From contig NC_008340.1 in the NCBI RefSeq assembly GCF_000014785.1, forward strand, positions 720,001 through 752,000: a DNA stretch of 32,000 nt, given 5' to 3'. Numbering within the stretch: the first letter of the stretch is position 1; each line of letters starts with the position of its first letter. The DNA is from Alkalilimnicola ehrlichii MLHE-1. GTDB taxonomy: Bacteria > Pseudomonadota > Gammaproteobacteria > Nitrococcales > Halorhodospiraceae. The translations under genes and the position numbers were made by a program. The notes beneath the pieces are model-generated. The model saw only the letters and a program-made list of their open reading frames with translations. It ran no database searches and was not told the DNA's origin. Positions 18,074 to 27,752 of the stretch are shown piece after piece.

Positions 18074-20179
18074 ATGGAAGCCAAGGCGGTATGGCTGTTC
18101 ATCTTTGTGGCCATCTACTGGGGCTACTGCGTGTTCTGGGGGGTGCGGGGCGCCATGGAGGCGCGGACCGCCACCGACTACTTCGTGGCCGGCCGCAGTG
18201 TCTCCATGTGGGTGTTTATCCTGGCCGCCACCGCCACCTCCTTCTCCGGCTGGACCTTTATTGGCCACCCGGGGCTGATCTACCAGGATGGCCTGCAGTA
18301 CGCCTACGCCTCCTTCTACGCCATCACCATTCCGTTCACCGGGCTGCTGTTCCTGAAGCGCCAGTGGATGATCGGCAAGCGCTGGGGCTTCGTCACCCCG
18401 GGGGAGATGTTTGCCACCTACTACCGCTCCGATACCCTGCGCATCCTCATCGTGCTGGTGGCGCTGATCTTCGCCGTGCCCTATCTCGGGGTGCAGTTGC
18501 GGGCCTCGGGCTTTCTGTTCAACGTGCTCACCGACGGCATGCTGGGGGTGGAGGTGGGCATGTGGTTGCTGTCCGCCATCATCGTCTTCTATGTGGCCTC
18601 CGGGGGGCTGCGGGCAGTGGCCTACGTGGATGCGCTGCAGGCGATATTGCTGGCGGCCGGCATCGTCATCGTGGGTGGGGTCGCGGTCTACTTCATGGGC
18701 AGCTGGGGGGTGTTCGTGGAGGGCATCGCGCGGCTGGCGGAGCAGTCCGTGGCCAGCGGCGAGTACGTTACCCCCGCCGGACTGAGCGGCTATGTCGCCG
18801 TGCCGGGTGTGATCCAGTTCGTCAGTGACGGGCCCTCGGCCACCGGCGGCGCCTGGACCGGGCTGATGATCCTGACCTACATGTTCGCCCTGATGGGCAT
18901 TCAGTCCAGTCCGGCCTTCAGCATGTGGGCCTTCTCCAACGCCAACCCGCGCCCCTTTGCCCCGCAGCAGGTCTGGGCCTCGGCGGTGGGTATCGGCCTC
19001 ATCCTGTTCACCTTCACCGCCATCCAGGGCATGGGTGGCCATCTGCTGGGTGCCAACCTGGGCTTCACCGCCGACAACCCTGACCTGTTCGACAGCCGTG
19101 ATCGGGTGGTGTTGCAGCGCGGACTGATCGCCACCGCTGAGCCGGCGCTCTCCCGCGACGAGGTGGAGGCCCGGATCGAGTCCGGATTGGCGGCGCTCGC
19201 CGCCGCGGGGCCGGACGAGACGGTGGACCTGGCGGGCGACCACGGGTGGGTGGACCTGGAGGCCCACGGCGGCGGCGACCCGGCGCTGGTGCCCCAGATG
19301 ATCAGCCTGCTGGAGGTGGGGGCCCCCTGGCTGGTAGGCCTGCTGGCGGTCTGTGCCCTGGCCGCCATGCAGTCCACCGGCGCTGCTTATATGTCTACCT
19401 CGGGGGGCATGATCACCCGCGATATTCTGCGCCGGTACCTGATACCGGAGGCGGATCATGCCACCCAGAAACTCTGGGGGCGGGTGTTCGTGCTGCTGAT
19501 TGTCGCCGCCGCCTTGGTCACCGCCACCGTCGCCACCGATGCCCTGGTGTTGCTGGGCGGCTTGGCTGTGGCCTACGGCTTCCAGATGTGGCCGGCGCTG
19601 ATCGGCTTGTGCTTTTGGCCCTGGCTTACTCGCCAGGGGGTGGTCGCCGGCCTGATCGTTGGGCTGGTGGTGGTCACGCTGACAGAGAACATCGGTGTGC
19701 AGTTGCTGGCCGCCCTCGGCCTGGAGTGGTGGGGCCGGTGGCCCTGGACGCTGCACTCGGCGGGATGGGGCATTCTGTTCAATATCACCACCGCGATCCT
19801 GGTCTCCGCCATCACCCAGGATCGCGGTGAATTGGAACACCGGATGGTCTATCACCACTTCCTGCAGGAGCATGCTGGTCTGCCGGTGGCCAAGCGCCAT
19901 CTGATCCCGGTGGCCTGGATCCTCACCATTGGCTGGTTCTTCTTCGCTGTGGGACCGGGCACGGTCATCGGCAACACCCTGTTCGGCTACCCCCAGTCCT
20001 TCCTCTTCGGGCTCCCTTCCATCTGGGTTTGGCAGCTCCTTTTCTGGGCCGCCGGGTGTCTGCTGCTCTACTTCCTGGCCTACCGCATGGAACTGAGCAC
20101 CGTGCCACGCAAAGAGGTGGAGGTGCTGGCCGAGGATGAGCCCGGGGACATTCGTCTCGACATCCACCGCCCGTCGTAG
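18074..20179 (+). CDS. Sodium:solute symporter (SSS/SLC5) family transporter; substrate unknown, monocarboxylate/acetate plausible from context
   Basis: 701 aa, polytopic. The N-terminal block DYFVAGRSVSMWVFILAATATSFSGWTFIGHPGLIY and the block VASGGLRAVAYVDALQAILL are typical SSS motifs. There is no DUF485/YjcH-type small gene upstream. Confidence 0.85.
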   Translation: MEAKAVWLFIFVAIYWGYCVFWGVRGAMEARTATDYFVAGRSVSMWVFILAATATSFSGWTFIGHPGLIYQDGLQYAYASFYAITIPFTGLLFLKRQWMIGKRWGFVTPGEMFATYYRSDTLRILIVLVALIFAVPYLGVQLRASGFLFNVLTDGMLGVEVGMWLLSAIIVFYVASGGLRAVAYVDALQAILLAAGIVIVGGVAVYFMGSWGVFVEGIARLAEQSVASGEYVTPAGLSGYVAVPGVIQFVSDGPSATGGAWTGLMILTYMFALMGIQSSPAFSMWAFSNANPRPFAPQQVWASAVGIGLILFTFTAIQGMGGHLLGANLGFTADNPDLFDSRDRVVLQRGLIATAEPALSRDEVEARIESGLAALAAAGPDETVDLAGDHGWVDLEAHGGGDPALVPQMISLLEVGAPWLVGLLAVCALAAMQSTGAAYMSTSGGMITRDILRRYLIPEADHATQKLWGRVFVLLIVAAALVTATVATDALVLLGGLAVAYGFQMWPALIGLCFWPWLTRQGVVAGLIVGLVVVTLTENIGVQLLAALGLEWWGRWPWTLHSAGWGILFNITTAILVSAITQDRGELEHRMVYHHFLQEHAGLPVAKRHLIPVAWILTIGWFFFAVGPGTVIGNTLFGYPQSFLFGLPSIWVWQLLFWAAGCLLLYFLAYRMELSTVPRKEVEVLAEDEPGDIRLDIHRPS

Positions 20180-20193
20180 GTTGGACCCGGGCC

Positions 20194-20772
20194 ATGGATG
20201 AACGGCAATACCGGTTTATCAAGTGGGCGGCGATCACGTTGGCGCTACTCTGGGTGGGCTGGACGGTGTACGACGGTGTGCTCAGCCAGCGGGGGCCCGG
20301 CGACAATGCGACCCTGGCCGGTGATCGGGCCTTCTCCGACGGCCACCCCGAACGCGCTGAGCGCCGCTACCGCGAGGCACTGGCGCAGGCACCGAAGCAC
20401 CGCCGCGCCCGCCGGGGACTGGCGCTGGCGCTGATGGAGCAGGGCCGCTATGACGAGGCATTGGCCGCGATGAATGAGGTCATCCGCGGTGAGCCCGACT
20501 TCGCTGGCAACTACGCCAACCGGGGCATTCTGCACGATCGGATGGGCCGCCACTTGGAGGCACTGCACGATTACGAGCGGGCCCTGGTCATGGACCCCGG
20601 CCTGGCCGACGGCCCCGGCTGGTTAACCCGTTTTATTCGCTTGCAGAGCGAGCCCCCGCCCACCATTGCCGATCGGGCCGCCTATCTGCGCCAGCAGCTC
20701 CAGTTGCCGGAGGCGCAGCGGGAACTTCGCCGCCCGGCGGTGGACGAGGCCCAGCGGCCCTGGCGCCAGTAG
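20194..20772 (+). CDS. Membrane-anchored TPR-repeat protein
   Basis: 192 aa. One N-terminal TM helix (WAAITLALLWVGWTVY), then TPR-like repeats (AERRYREALAQAP, YDEALAAMNEVIRGEPDFAGNYANRGILHDRMGRHLEALHDYERALVMDP). Confidence 0.7.
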   Translation: MDERQYRFIKWAAITLALLWVGWTVYDGVLSQRGPGDNATLAGDRAFSDGHPERAERRYREALAQAPKHRRARRGLALALMEQGRYDEALAAMNEVIRGEPDFAGNYANRGILHDRMGRHLEALHDYERALVMDPGLADGPGWLTRFIRLQSEPPPTIADRAAYLRQQLQLPEAQRELRRPAVDEAQRPWRQ

Positions 20773-20830
20773 TCACTCCAGGCAGGCCGCCCCCATCGGC
20801 GGCGGCCCGGCTCGTCCGTCCCTCCCAGGA

Positions 20831-20866
20831 ACAAAAAAACCGGCCGCCCCCAGGGGGGACGGCCGG
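20831..20866 (-). terminator. Rho-independent terminator of acs
   Basis: On the minus strand: CCGGCCGTCCCCC-ctg-GGGGGCGGCCGG followed by TTTTTTTGT (A-run 20833-20839 on the plus strand). It lies about 30 nt past the acs stop. Confidence 0.8.
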
Positions 20867-20895
20867 CTGGCCGGTAAGCCTTCGCGGTACGCGTC

Positions 20896-22833
20896 TTACT
20901 TGTTGGGACGATCCTCGATCAGATTGTCCACGACCGTCGGATCGGCCAGGGTGCTGGTGTCGCCCAGGCTGTCCAGCTCGTTGGCGGCGACCTTGCGCAG
21001 GATGCGGCGCATGATCTTGCCGGAGCGGGTCTTGGGCAGGCCCGGGGCCCACTGGATGACATCGGGCTTGGCGATGGGCCCGATCTCGTTGGAGACCAGC
21101 TTCACCAACTCCTTCTTCAGCTCATCGCTGGGCTCCACACCGGCCATTAGAGTGACGTAGGCGTAGATGCCCTGGCCCTTGATGTCGTGCGGGTAGCCCA
21201 CCACCGCGGCTTCGGCGACGGCATCGTGCAGCACCAGGGCACTCTCCACCTCGGCGGTGCCCATACGGTGGCCGGAGACGTTGATCACGTCATCGACGCG
21301 GCCGGTGATCCAATAGTAACCGTCCTCGTCCCGACGGGCCCCGTCACCGGTGAAGTACATCCCCGGGTAGGCCGCCAGGTAGGTCTCCATGAAGCGCTTG
21401 TGGTCGCCATAGACCGTACGCATCATGCTCGGCCAGGCCCGCTTGATCACCAGGTTGCCGCTGGCGGCACCTTCCAGCTCCTTGCCTTCGGGGTCCACCA
21501 GGGCCGGCTCCACGCCGAAGAAGGGCAGGGTGGCGGAACCCGGCTTCAGGTCGGTCGCGCCCGGCAGCGGGGCGATCAGGATGGAGCCGGTCTCAGTCTG
21601 CCACCAGGTGTCCACGATCGGGCAGCGGCCGTCGCCCACCACGTTGTAGTACCACTCCCAGGCCTCCGGGTTGATGGGCTCACCCACCGTGCCCAGGATG
21701 CGCAGGCTCTTGCGGCTGGTCTTGGTGACGTGCTCGTTGCCCTGGCCCATCAGGGCGCGGATGGCGGTCGGGGCGGTGTAGAAGATGGAGACGTTGTGCT
21801 TGTCGACCACTTCCCAGCAGCGGGCGGCGCTGGGGTAGGTGGGCACACCCTCGAACATCAGGGTGGTGGCGCCGTTGGCCAGCGGACCATAGACGATGTA
21901 GCTGTGACCGGTAACCCAGCCCACGTCGGCGGTGCACCAGTAGACCTCGCCCTCCTGGTAGTCGAAGACGTACTTGTGGGTCATGGCTGCGCCCAGCAGG
22001 TAGCCGGCGGAGCAGTGCTGCACGCCCTTGGGCTTGCCGGTGGAGCCGGAGGTGTAGAGGATGAACAGCGGGTCCTCGGCGTCCAGTTCCTCAGCGGGGC
22101 AGTCGGCAGAGACATCGGCCACGGCCTCGTGGTACCAGATGTCACGCCCTTCCTTCCAGTCGATGTCGCCCCCGGTGCGCTTGACCACGAAGACGTTCTT
22201 GACGTCGGGGCAGCTCTCAAGGGCCTTGTCGGCGTTGGACTTCAGGGCCACGTTGCGGCCACCACGGACGCCCTCGTCGGCGGTGATGACGGTCTCGCAG
22301 TCGGCGTTCTGGATGCGGTCCTTCAGGGCGTCCGGGGAGAAGCCGCCGAAGACGATGGAGTGGATGGCGCCGATGCGGGCGCAGGCCAGCATGGCCACGG
22401 CCGCCTCGGGGATCATCGGCAGATAGATGCAGACGCGGTCACCCTTCTTGACGCCGCGGGCCTTCATGGCGTTAGCCAGGCGGCAGACGCGCTCGTGCAG
22501 GTCCTTGTAGGTGATGTGCTCGGAGTTGTTGGGGTCGTCACCTTCCCAGATGATGGCGGTCTGATCGCCCCGCTGCTCCAGGTGGCGGTCCAGGCAGTTG
22601 TGGGCGACGTTGAGCTTACCGCCCTCGAAGAAGCGGATCTCGCCGTTCTTCAGGTCGGAGTGGTAGACCTTGTCCCACTTGCTGAACCAGTCGAGGAATT
22701 TCTCAGCCTGTTCGCCCCAAAACCCCTCCGGGTCATCCAGGGACCGGCGATACATCTCCTCATAGGTGTCCTTGGTGATGTGCGCCTTCTCGCGGATATA
22801 GTCGGGTACGGGGTAGACCTTCGTGTCGGACAT
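20896..22833 (-). CDS. acs: Acetyl-CoA synthetase (AMP-forming)
   Basis: 645 aa with RBS GGAGGAG. Full-length hallmark motifs are present: [60 protein letters not shown] and [15 protein letters not shown]. Confidence 0.97.
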   Translation of the reverse strand: MSDTKVYPVPDYIREKAHITKDTYEEMYRRSLDDPEGFWGEQAEKFLDWFSKWDKVYHSDLKNGEIRFFEGGKLNVAHNCLDRHLEQRGDQTAIIWEGDDPNNSEHITYKDLHERVCRLANAMKARGVKKGDRVCIYLPMIPEAAVAMLACARIGAIHSIVFGGFSPDALKDRIQNADCETVITADEGVRGGRNVALKSNADKALESCPDVKNVFVVKRTGGDIDWKEGRDIWYHEAVADVSADCPAEELDAEDPLFILYTSGSTGKPKGVQHCSAGYLLGAAMTHKYVFDYQEGEVYWCTADVGWVTGHSYIVYGPLANGATTLMFEGVPTYPSAARCWEVVDKHNVSIFYTAPTAIRALMGQGNEHVTKTSRKSLRILGTVGEPINPEAWEWYYNVVGDGRCPIVDTWWQTETGSILIAPLPGATDLKPGSATLPFFGVEPALVDPEGKELEGAASGNLVIKRAWPSMMRTVYGDHKRFMETYLAAYPGMYFTGDGARRDEDGYYWITGRVDDVINVSGHRMGTAEVESALVLHDAVAEAAVVGYPHDIKGQGIYAYVTLMAGVEPSDELKKELVKLVSNEIGPIAKPDVIQWAPGLPKTRSGKIMRRILRKVAANELDSLGDTSTLADPTVVDNLIEDRPNK

Positions 22834-22941
22834 ACTGGATCTCCTCCCAGTTTTGAATTATCGCCTATGACCCGGGTGCGGGCCGAAAAACACCGGCATA
22901 CAGCCTGATTTGGTGATTCTGAACACGCGCTGCGCAACCCC

Positions 22942-22953
22942 GGGGATATCCCC
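22942..22953. promoter_or_regulatory. Perfect 12-bp palindrome GGGGATATCCCC about 110-120 nt upstream of the acs start
   Basis: Read directly from the sequence. It is a candidate operator only; no known consensus is assigned. Confidence 0.2.
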
Positions 22954-23075
22954 TTCTTGTTTGGGTTTGACCCATTTTCCGGGCCCCCGGGCCAATGGAC
23001 CAACCGGGCTATTCCGGGGGGTCGAGCAGCGCGCAGCCCCTCGTGGGCTTGGCTCTCCCTGTCGATTAAAGCGGG

Positions 23076-23096
23076 CGCTGCGGCCCGCACGCAGCG
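23076..23096 (-). terminator. Hairpin CGCTGCG-gcccgca-CGCAGCG 3' of the NtrC-family regulator gene, overlapping the inverted repeat AGCGTTA-tgg-TAACGCT (23093-23109)
   Basis: It lies 77 nt past the stop at 23173. On the minus strand it is followed by CCCGCTTTAATCG, a weak U-tract. Confidence 0.35.
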
Positions 23097-23172
23097 TTAT
23101 GGTAACGCTTTCCACGCCATCTTTCGAAATCGCCATTAGTGAACCGTCCGCCAACCCTACCATTGTAAAACA

Positions 23173-24534
23173 TTATTTTCTCGGCCGTGGGATCCCCAGC
23201 CGCTGGCGCTTCTCCCACAGCGCCTTGCGGCTGATACCCAGCCCCTTGGCCAGGGCGGTCTCCGTCATATGGTCCTGGTTGGCCAGAACATACTCCCGGA
23301 AGTAGTCTTCCAGCGACAGATCCGGGCGTGCGCCGCCCCCTCCGTTGCCCGGCCGGGCCGTCGGCGCACTGTCCCGTGGGCGGGTGCGGGGCAGGGTGAG
23401 TTGGTCGGCGGTGATGGTGTCACCCTCGCACAGGATCACGGCGCGCTCGATGGTGTTCTCCATCTCCCGGACGTTCCCCGGCCAATGGTAGTTGCTGATG
23501 GCCTCTATCGCCTCCTCAGCGAGTTGCAGCTGCGGCCGGTTGAGGCGCTGGCAGGTCTTTTCCAGCAGCACCCGGGCCAGGATGGGGATGTCGCCCTCCC
23601 GTTCGCGCAGCGGCGGCAGGCGGATCTCCATGACATGGATGCGGAAGTAGAGGTCCTCGCGGAAACTCCCCTCATCCACCAGCGCCTGGAGGTCACGGTG
23701 GGTTGCGGCCAGCAGGCGCACGTCCACCTGCCGTTCGCGGGATGCCCCCACCCGGCGGATCTCGCCCTCCTGCAGCACCCGGAGCAGACGGCCCTGGGCC
23801 TGAAGGGGCAGCTCGCCGATCTCATCCAGGAACAGGGTGCCGCCGTCGGCCGACTCCACCAGACCGGCGCGGGCGCCCACCGCCCCGGTAAAGGCCCCCT
23901 TCTCGTGGCCGAAAAGCTCTGCCTCGATCAGGGTCTCGGGGATGGCGGCGCAGTTGACCGCGATCAGCGGCCCATCCTTACGCTGGCTGTGCTCGTGAAC
24001 GGCCCGGGCCACCAGTTCCTTACCGGTCCCCGATTCACCCAGGATCAGCACGGAGGTGTCGGTGGGCGCCACCTTGTGGATGCGCTGGAAGACGGCCTGC
24101 ATCGCCTGGCACTCGCCAATGATGCCGCTCACCGGGTAGTCGCGCTGGATATCGGCCTTCAGGGCCGCATTCTGGCGCTGAAGCCGGTGGTCCTTGAGCA
24201 CCTTGTCGACGGTGAGCAGCAGCTCATCGTGGTCGAAGGGTTTGGCGATGTAGTCCACCGCCCCCTCGCGCATGGCCTCCACCGCTGAACGGACGCTGGC
24301 GTAGCTGGTCATGATGATCACCGGCACCTCACTGGCCAGGGGGATGACGCCGGTGCCGGGTTCGCCGGGCAGGCGCAGGTCGGCGATGATCAGGTCGTAA
24401 TCGGCAAAGCGGTGGCCTTCGCGCGCCTCTTCCAGGGACTCGGCCTCGGCCACGCGGTAGCCATTGCGCGTGAGCAGGCGTCGCAAGGCCGAGCGGATGA
24501 CCGCTTCATCCTCAATGATCAGCAGATGTGCCAT
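23173..24534 (-). CDS. NtrC-family sigma54-dependent response regulator (REC - AAA+ - HTH), CbrB-like by context
   Basis: 453 aa. REC domain with [12 protein letters not shown]+ domain with Walker [15 protein letters not shown] ([11 protein letters not shown]) and FLDEIGELP. The C-terminal HTH is [21 protein letters not shown]. Confidence 0.92.
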   Translation of the reverse strand: MAHLLIIEDEAVIRSALRRLLTRNGYRVAEAESLEEAREGHRFADYDLIIADLRLPGEPGTGVIPLASEVPVIIMTSYASVRSAVEAMREGAVDYIAKPFDHDELLLTVDKVLKDHRLQRQNAALKADIQRDYPVSGIIGECQAMQAVFQRIHKVAPTDTSVLILGESGTGKELVARAVHEHSQRKDGPLIAVNCAAIPETLIEAELFGHEKGAFTGAVGARAGLVESADGGTLFLDEIGELPLQAQGRLLRVLQEGEIRRVGASRERQVDVRLLAATHRDLQALVDEGSFREDLYFRIHVMEIRLPPLREREGDIPILARVLLEKTCQRLNRPQLQLAEEAIEAISNYHWPGNVREMENTIERAVILCEGDTITADQLTLPRTRPRDSAPTARPGNGGGGARPDLSLEDYFREYVLANQDHMTETALAKGLGISRKALWEKRQRLGIPRPRK

Positions 24535-24537
24535 GGT

Positions 24538-27465
24538 TTATGCCACTCCCTCCAGGGCGGGCAGTTCCAGCGTCACTGTAGTGCCGCCCACGTCCGATTC
24601 AATGTCCAGGGTGCCCCCGTGATCGGTGATGATGTTGTACACCAGCGGCAGGCCCAGCCCTGTGCCCTGTCCCGCCGGTTTGGTGGTGTAGAACGGGTCC
24701 AGCACCTTCTTCAGGGCCGACGCGGGGATGCCCGGCCCGTTGTCCGCCACCCGCACGATGATCCGGTCGCCCCGCTCCCGGGCGGTGAGCACCAGCCGGC
24801 CCTGCTGGGCGCAGGCGTCGGCGGCGTTGGAGAAGAGATTGACGAACACTTGGACCAACCGCTGGCTGTCGCCGGCCACCTCCAGGTGCGGCGGGATCCG
24901 GTTGTCGAACTCCATCTCCTTGCCCCGGCGGCTCAGGACCATCACCTGGCGGGCCTCCTCCGCCGCGTCGTGCAGCCGCACCGGCTCCGGCGGCGACTCC
25001 TCGGTGCTGCCGGCATGGGCGTAGCTGACCAGGGTGTGCACGATGTTACTGATCCGGTGGGTCTGTTCCAGGATCTGTTCCATGCTCTCGCGGATCAGCT
25101 CCGGGTCATCCTCGTCGCGCAGGTTCTGCGCCAGGCAGGCCACGCCGGTGACCGGGTTGCCAATCTCGTGGGCGACGCCGGCGGCGAGCCGGCCGATGGA
25201 GGCCAGCCGCTCGCTGTGAGCCAGCTCCCGCTCCAACACCCGCAACTCGGTGACGTCCTCCACCAGCAGCAGACTGTCGTTGGTGCGGCCCTTGTCCGGC
25301 TCCCCGATACTGGTGCGGTGCAGGCTCAGCCAGCGGGTGCCGTCGCCGGGAACCTGGGCCTGGTCGTGGGCGTGGGCCTGGCCCAGCGCCATGAACCGTC
25401 CCAGTAGCCGGCCCCAGGGGTGGGCCAGATCCTCCAGCCGGTTGCCCAGGGCATCCCGGGCACAAATACCGGTGAGCTGCTGCATGGCACTGTTCCAGCG
25501 CACGATCCGCTGGTTTGCCGTGACCGTGATCACGCCCAGCGGCAGGTCCTCAAGGATCTGGCGGTGGTAGCGGCGCAGGCGGTCCAGCTCGGCGGTCAGC
25601 CCGCGGAAGCGGCTGCTGGAGGACTCCAGCCGTTCCTCGATCTGGCGGATGCTCTGGGTATGGGCCTGATGGGCGGAGTGGTCCAGTTCCAGGCGCTCGT
25701 CCACGATCATACGGGCCAGGACCGGGCCCATCATGCCCGAGAGATTGCGCTCGATCTGGTCGCGCAGGTGCTTGAGCCGGTCCGGCCGGTTCTCCGTCCA
25801 GTCCAGTCCCAGGTCCTCCAGGGCCTTCCCCACCTCGGCGCGCGCCGCCTCGTCGCCGGTCACCGGCGCCAGTTGCACCACGAATTGGGCCGGTGAGTCG
25901 GCCACCAGGGTGCCGAAGGTCATGGGGTGGCCCAGGTCGCGACAGGCCTCGGCGGCCTGGCGCTCCGGCCCGGTTTGCGGGGTCAGGACAGACACCGCGG
26001 CGAACAGCAGCGAATTGAAGGCGATCGACCAGAAGGTGGCCAGGCCGTAAATGGCGGAGGCCGACTCCGGTGCGGTGGGGAAGCCCAACAGGAAAAAGGG
26101 CTCGGTGCCCACCAGCGCGGGCAGGAAGAGCGCGTCGAGCCAGACCAGCGCCCCACCCAAAAGCCCGGCGATGAAGCCCCAGACGTTGGCCCGGGTCCAC
26201 CAGAGCACGCCGACGATGCCGGGGATGAACTGGGCCATGGCCAGGAAGGAGATCAGGCCCCAGTCCACCAGCCCCTCGCCCGGGTCCAGCATCAGGAAGA
26301 AGTAATAGCCGGCGGCGATCATCAACAGGATCAGTGCGCGCCGGGTCCAGCGCAGGGTGGCGTACAGGTCCAGGTCCTGGCGTGGGCGGGCCCGGGTCAG
26401 GGGCAGCACCAAGTGATTGAGGGTCATCGAGGACAGGGCGAGGGTGGAGATGATGATCATCGCGCTGGCGGCCGAGATCCCCCCCAGGTAGGTCACGATC
26501 ACCAGCACGGGGGATTCGCTGAGCACCGCCATCCCCAGCACGTAGTATTCCGGCCCCGTGCCCGGTTGCAGCACCTGTCCGGCCCAGAGGATCGGGGGAA
26601 TGCAGATGGCCAGGGCCAGCAGGTAGGCGGGGAAGCCCCAGCTGGCCTTGAGCAGGCTGCGTGGTTTGAGGTTCTCGGTGAAGATCATGTGGAACTGGCG
26701 GGGCAATAGGAACGCCGCCGAGAAGGCCAGAAAGAGCAGGCTGATCCAGGGGCCGTCCAGGGCCGGCTGGTAAAAGGCCTGCAGGCGCTCCGGATTGTCC
26801 GCCAACCAGCGGTTCAGGCCGATGGGTCCGTCGAAGGCCAGGCTCATGGCCACCCAGGCGATCACCATCAGCGCGGCCAGCTTGACCACCGATTCGAAGG
26901 CAATGGCCACCACCAGACCGGTGTGTTTCTCCCGCGGGGTGACGTGGCGGGCGCCGAAGATGATGGCGAACACCGCCACGGTCATGCAAAACACCACGGC
27001 GAGCACGTGCGGCGAGGTCTCGCCACCCACCAGCCACTGGGTGGACTCGGCCACGGCGCGGATCTGCAGGGCGATGTAGGGCAGGATGCCGGTGAGCATC
27101 AATAGCGTCACCAGCACCCCGGCGGCCTGGCTGTGGAAGCGGAAGGCAAAGACGTCCGAGAGCGAGGTGAGCTGCTGGTCGCGGGTCAATCGCAGCAGCG
27201 GCATGAGCAGGACCGGCGTGAGCAGAAAGGCAATGGTCGCGCCCAGGTAGATGGGCAGGTAGGCGATACCGTAACGCTCGGCAAACCCGACACTGCCGTA
27301 GAAGCTCCAGGTGGTGGCGTAGACGCCCAGGGCCAGGACGTAGAACAGCGGATGCTGGGCCACCGCCCGTGGCAGCCAACGGCGTTCGGTGCCGTGGGCG
27401 ATGACGAACAGCAGCAGCAGGTAGGCCGCGGCACTGAAGAAGAGGGTGCTGAGGTTAAAGTCCAT
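24538..27465 (-). CDS. SLC5-STAC-PAS-histidine kinase sensor, CbrA-like
   Basis: 975 aa. SSS-like polytopic N-terminus. The STAC-like segment is FVVQLAPVTGDEAARAEVGKALEDLGL...NLSGMMGPVLARMIV. The PAS segment is LPLGVITVTANQRIVRWNSAMQQLTG. The H-box is LAAGVAHEIGNPVTGV (NtrB/AtoS type). N, G1 (DNGPGI) and G2 (GTGLGL) boxes are present. Its stop lies 3 nt before the regulator start. Confidence 0.9.
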   Translation of the reverse strand: MDFNLSTLFFSAAAYLLLLFVIAHGTERRWLPRAVAQHPLFYVLALGVYATTWSFYGSVGFAERYGIAYLPIYLGATIAFLLTPVLLMPLLRLTRDQQLTSLSDVFAFRFHSQAAGVLVTLLMLTGILPYIALQIRAVAESTQWLVGGETSPHVLAVVFCMTVAVFAIIFGARHVTPREKHTGLVVAIAFESVVKLAALMVIAWVAMSLAFDGPIGLNRWLADNPERLQAFYQPALDGPWISLLFLAFSAAFLLPRQFHMIFTENLKPRSLLKASWGFPAYLLALAICIPPILWAGQVLQPGTGPEYYVLGMAVLSESPVLVIVTYLGGISAASAMIIISTLALSSMTLNHLVLPLTRARPRQDLDLYATLRWTRRALILLMIAAGYYFFLMLDPGEGLVDWGLISFLAMAQFIPGIVGVLWWTRANVWGFIAGLLGGALVWLDALFLPALVGTEPFFLLGFPTAPESASAIYGLATFWSIAFNSLLFAAVSVLTPQTGPERQAAEACRDLGHPMTFGTLVADSPAQFVVQLAPVTGDEAARAEVGKALEDLGLDWTENRPDRLKHLRDQIERNLSGMMGPVLARMIVDERLELDHSAHQAHTQSIRQIEERLESSSSRFRGLTAELDRLRRYHRQILEDLPLGVITVTANQRIVRWNSAMQQLTGICARDALGNRLEDLAHPWGRLLGRFMALGQAHAHDQAQVPGDGTRWLSLHRTSIGEPDKGRTNDSLLLVEDVTELRVLERELAHSERLASIGRLAAGVAHEIGNPVTGVACLAQNLRDEDDPELIRESMEQILEQTHRISNIVHTLVSYAHAGSTEESPPEPVRLHDAAEEARQVMVLSRRGKEMEFDNRIPPHLEVAGDSQRLVQVFVNLFSNAADACAQQGRLVLTARERGDRIIVRVADNGPGIPASALKKVLDPFYTTKPAGQGTGLGLPLVYNIITDHGGTLDIESDVGGTTVTLELPALEGVA

Positions 27466-27652
27466 GTGGCCTCAGCCTTCTGACCACCAACCAGCAGAGC
27501 ACCAGCATGGCCGCCCAGCCCAGGAAGGGGAGATACCAGGGAGGGGCCTGACTCAACCACCAGGTGGCGAAGGGCGTGCACAACAGAAACACGGCCAACA
27601 GGCCGAGGATCACGCTGTTACCCCGGGCCCCTGGGTCAAACGTGCCTGGCAT
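27455..27652 (-). CDS. Small two-TM membrane protein (65 aa) overlapped with the CbrA-like gene; CbrX-like by position
   Basis: Track ORF 27455..27682. I prefer the ATG at 27652, preceded by GGGAGGGAGGAG, giving MPGTFDPGARGNSVILGLLAVFLLCTPFATWWLSQAPPWYLPFLGWAAMLVLCWLVVRRLRPHGL. Its stop (27455-27457) lies 8 nt inside the kinase ORF. Confidence 0.6.
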   Translation of the reverse strand: MPGTFDPGARGNSVILGLLAVFLLCTPFATWWLSQAPPWYLPFLGWAAMLVLCWLVVRRLRPHGL

Positions 27653-27752
27653 GGACTCCTCCCTCCCGCGGGGTTGGGCCACCCCGTCTGATCATTTGTT
27701 ACCTAAGGTAGCATGGCCCTGTGGCTTTTGCCCATACGGCCCTTGAGAGGCC

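Noticed and set aside
22834-23172. CrcZ-like sRNA downstream of the CbrB-like gene, by analogy with Pseudomonas cbrB-crcZ.
   Set aside because: There is no sigma54 promoter on that strand, only a single AAnAAnAA motif instead of the multiple copies expected, and the region is GC-rich. It is better explained as a terminator plus the acs promoter and leader.
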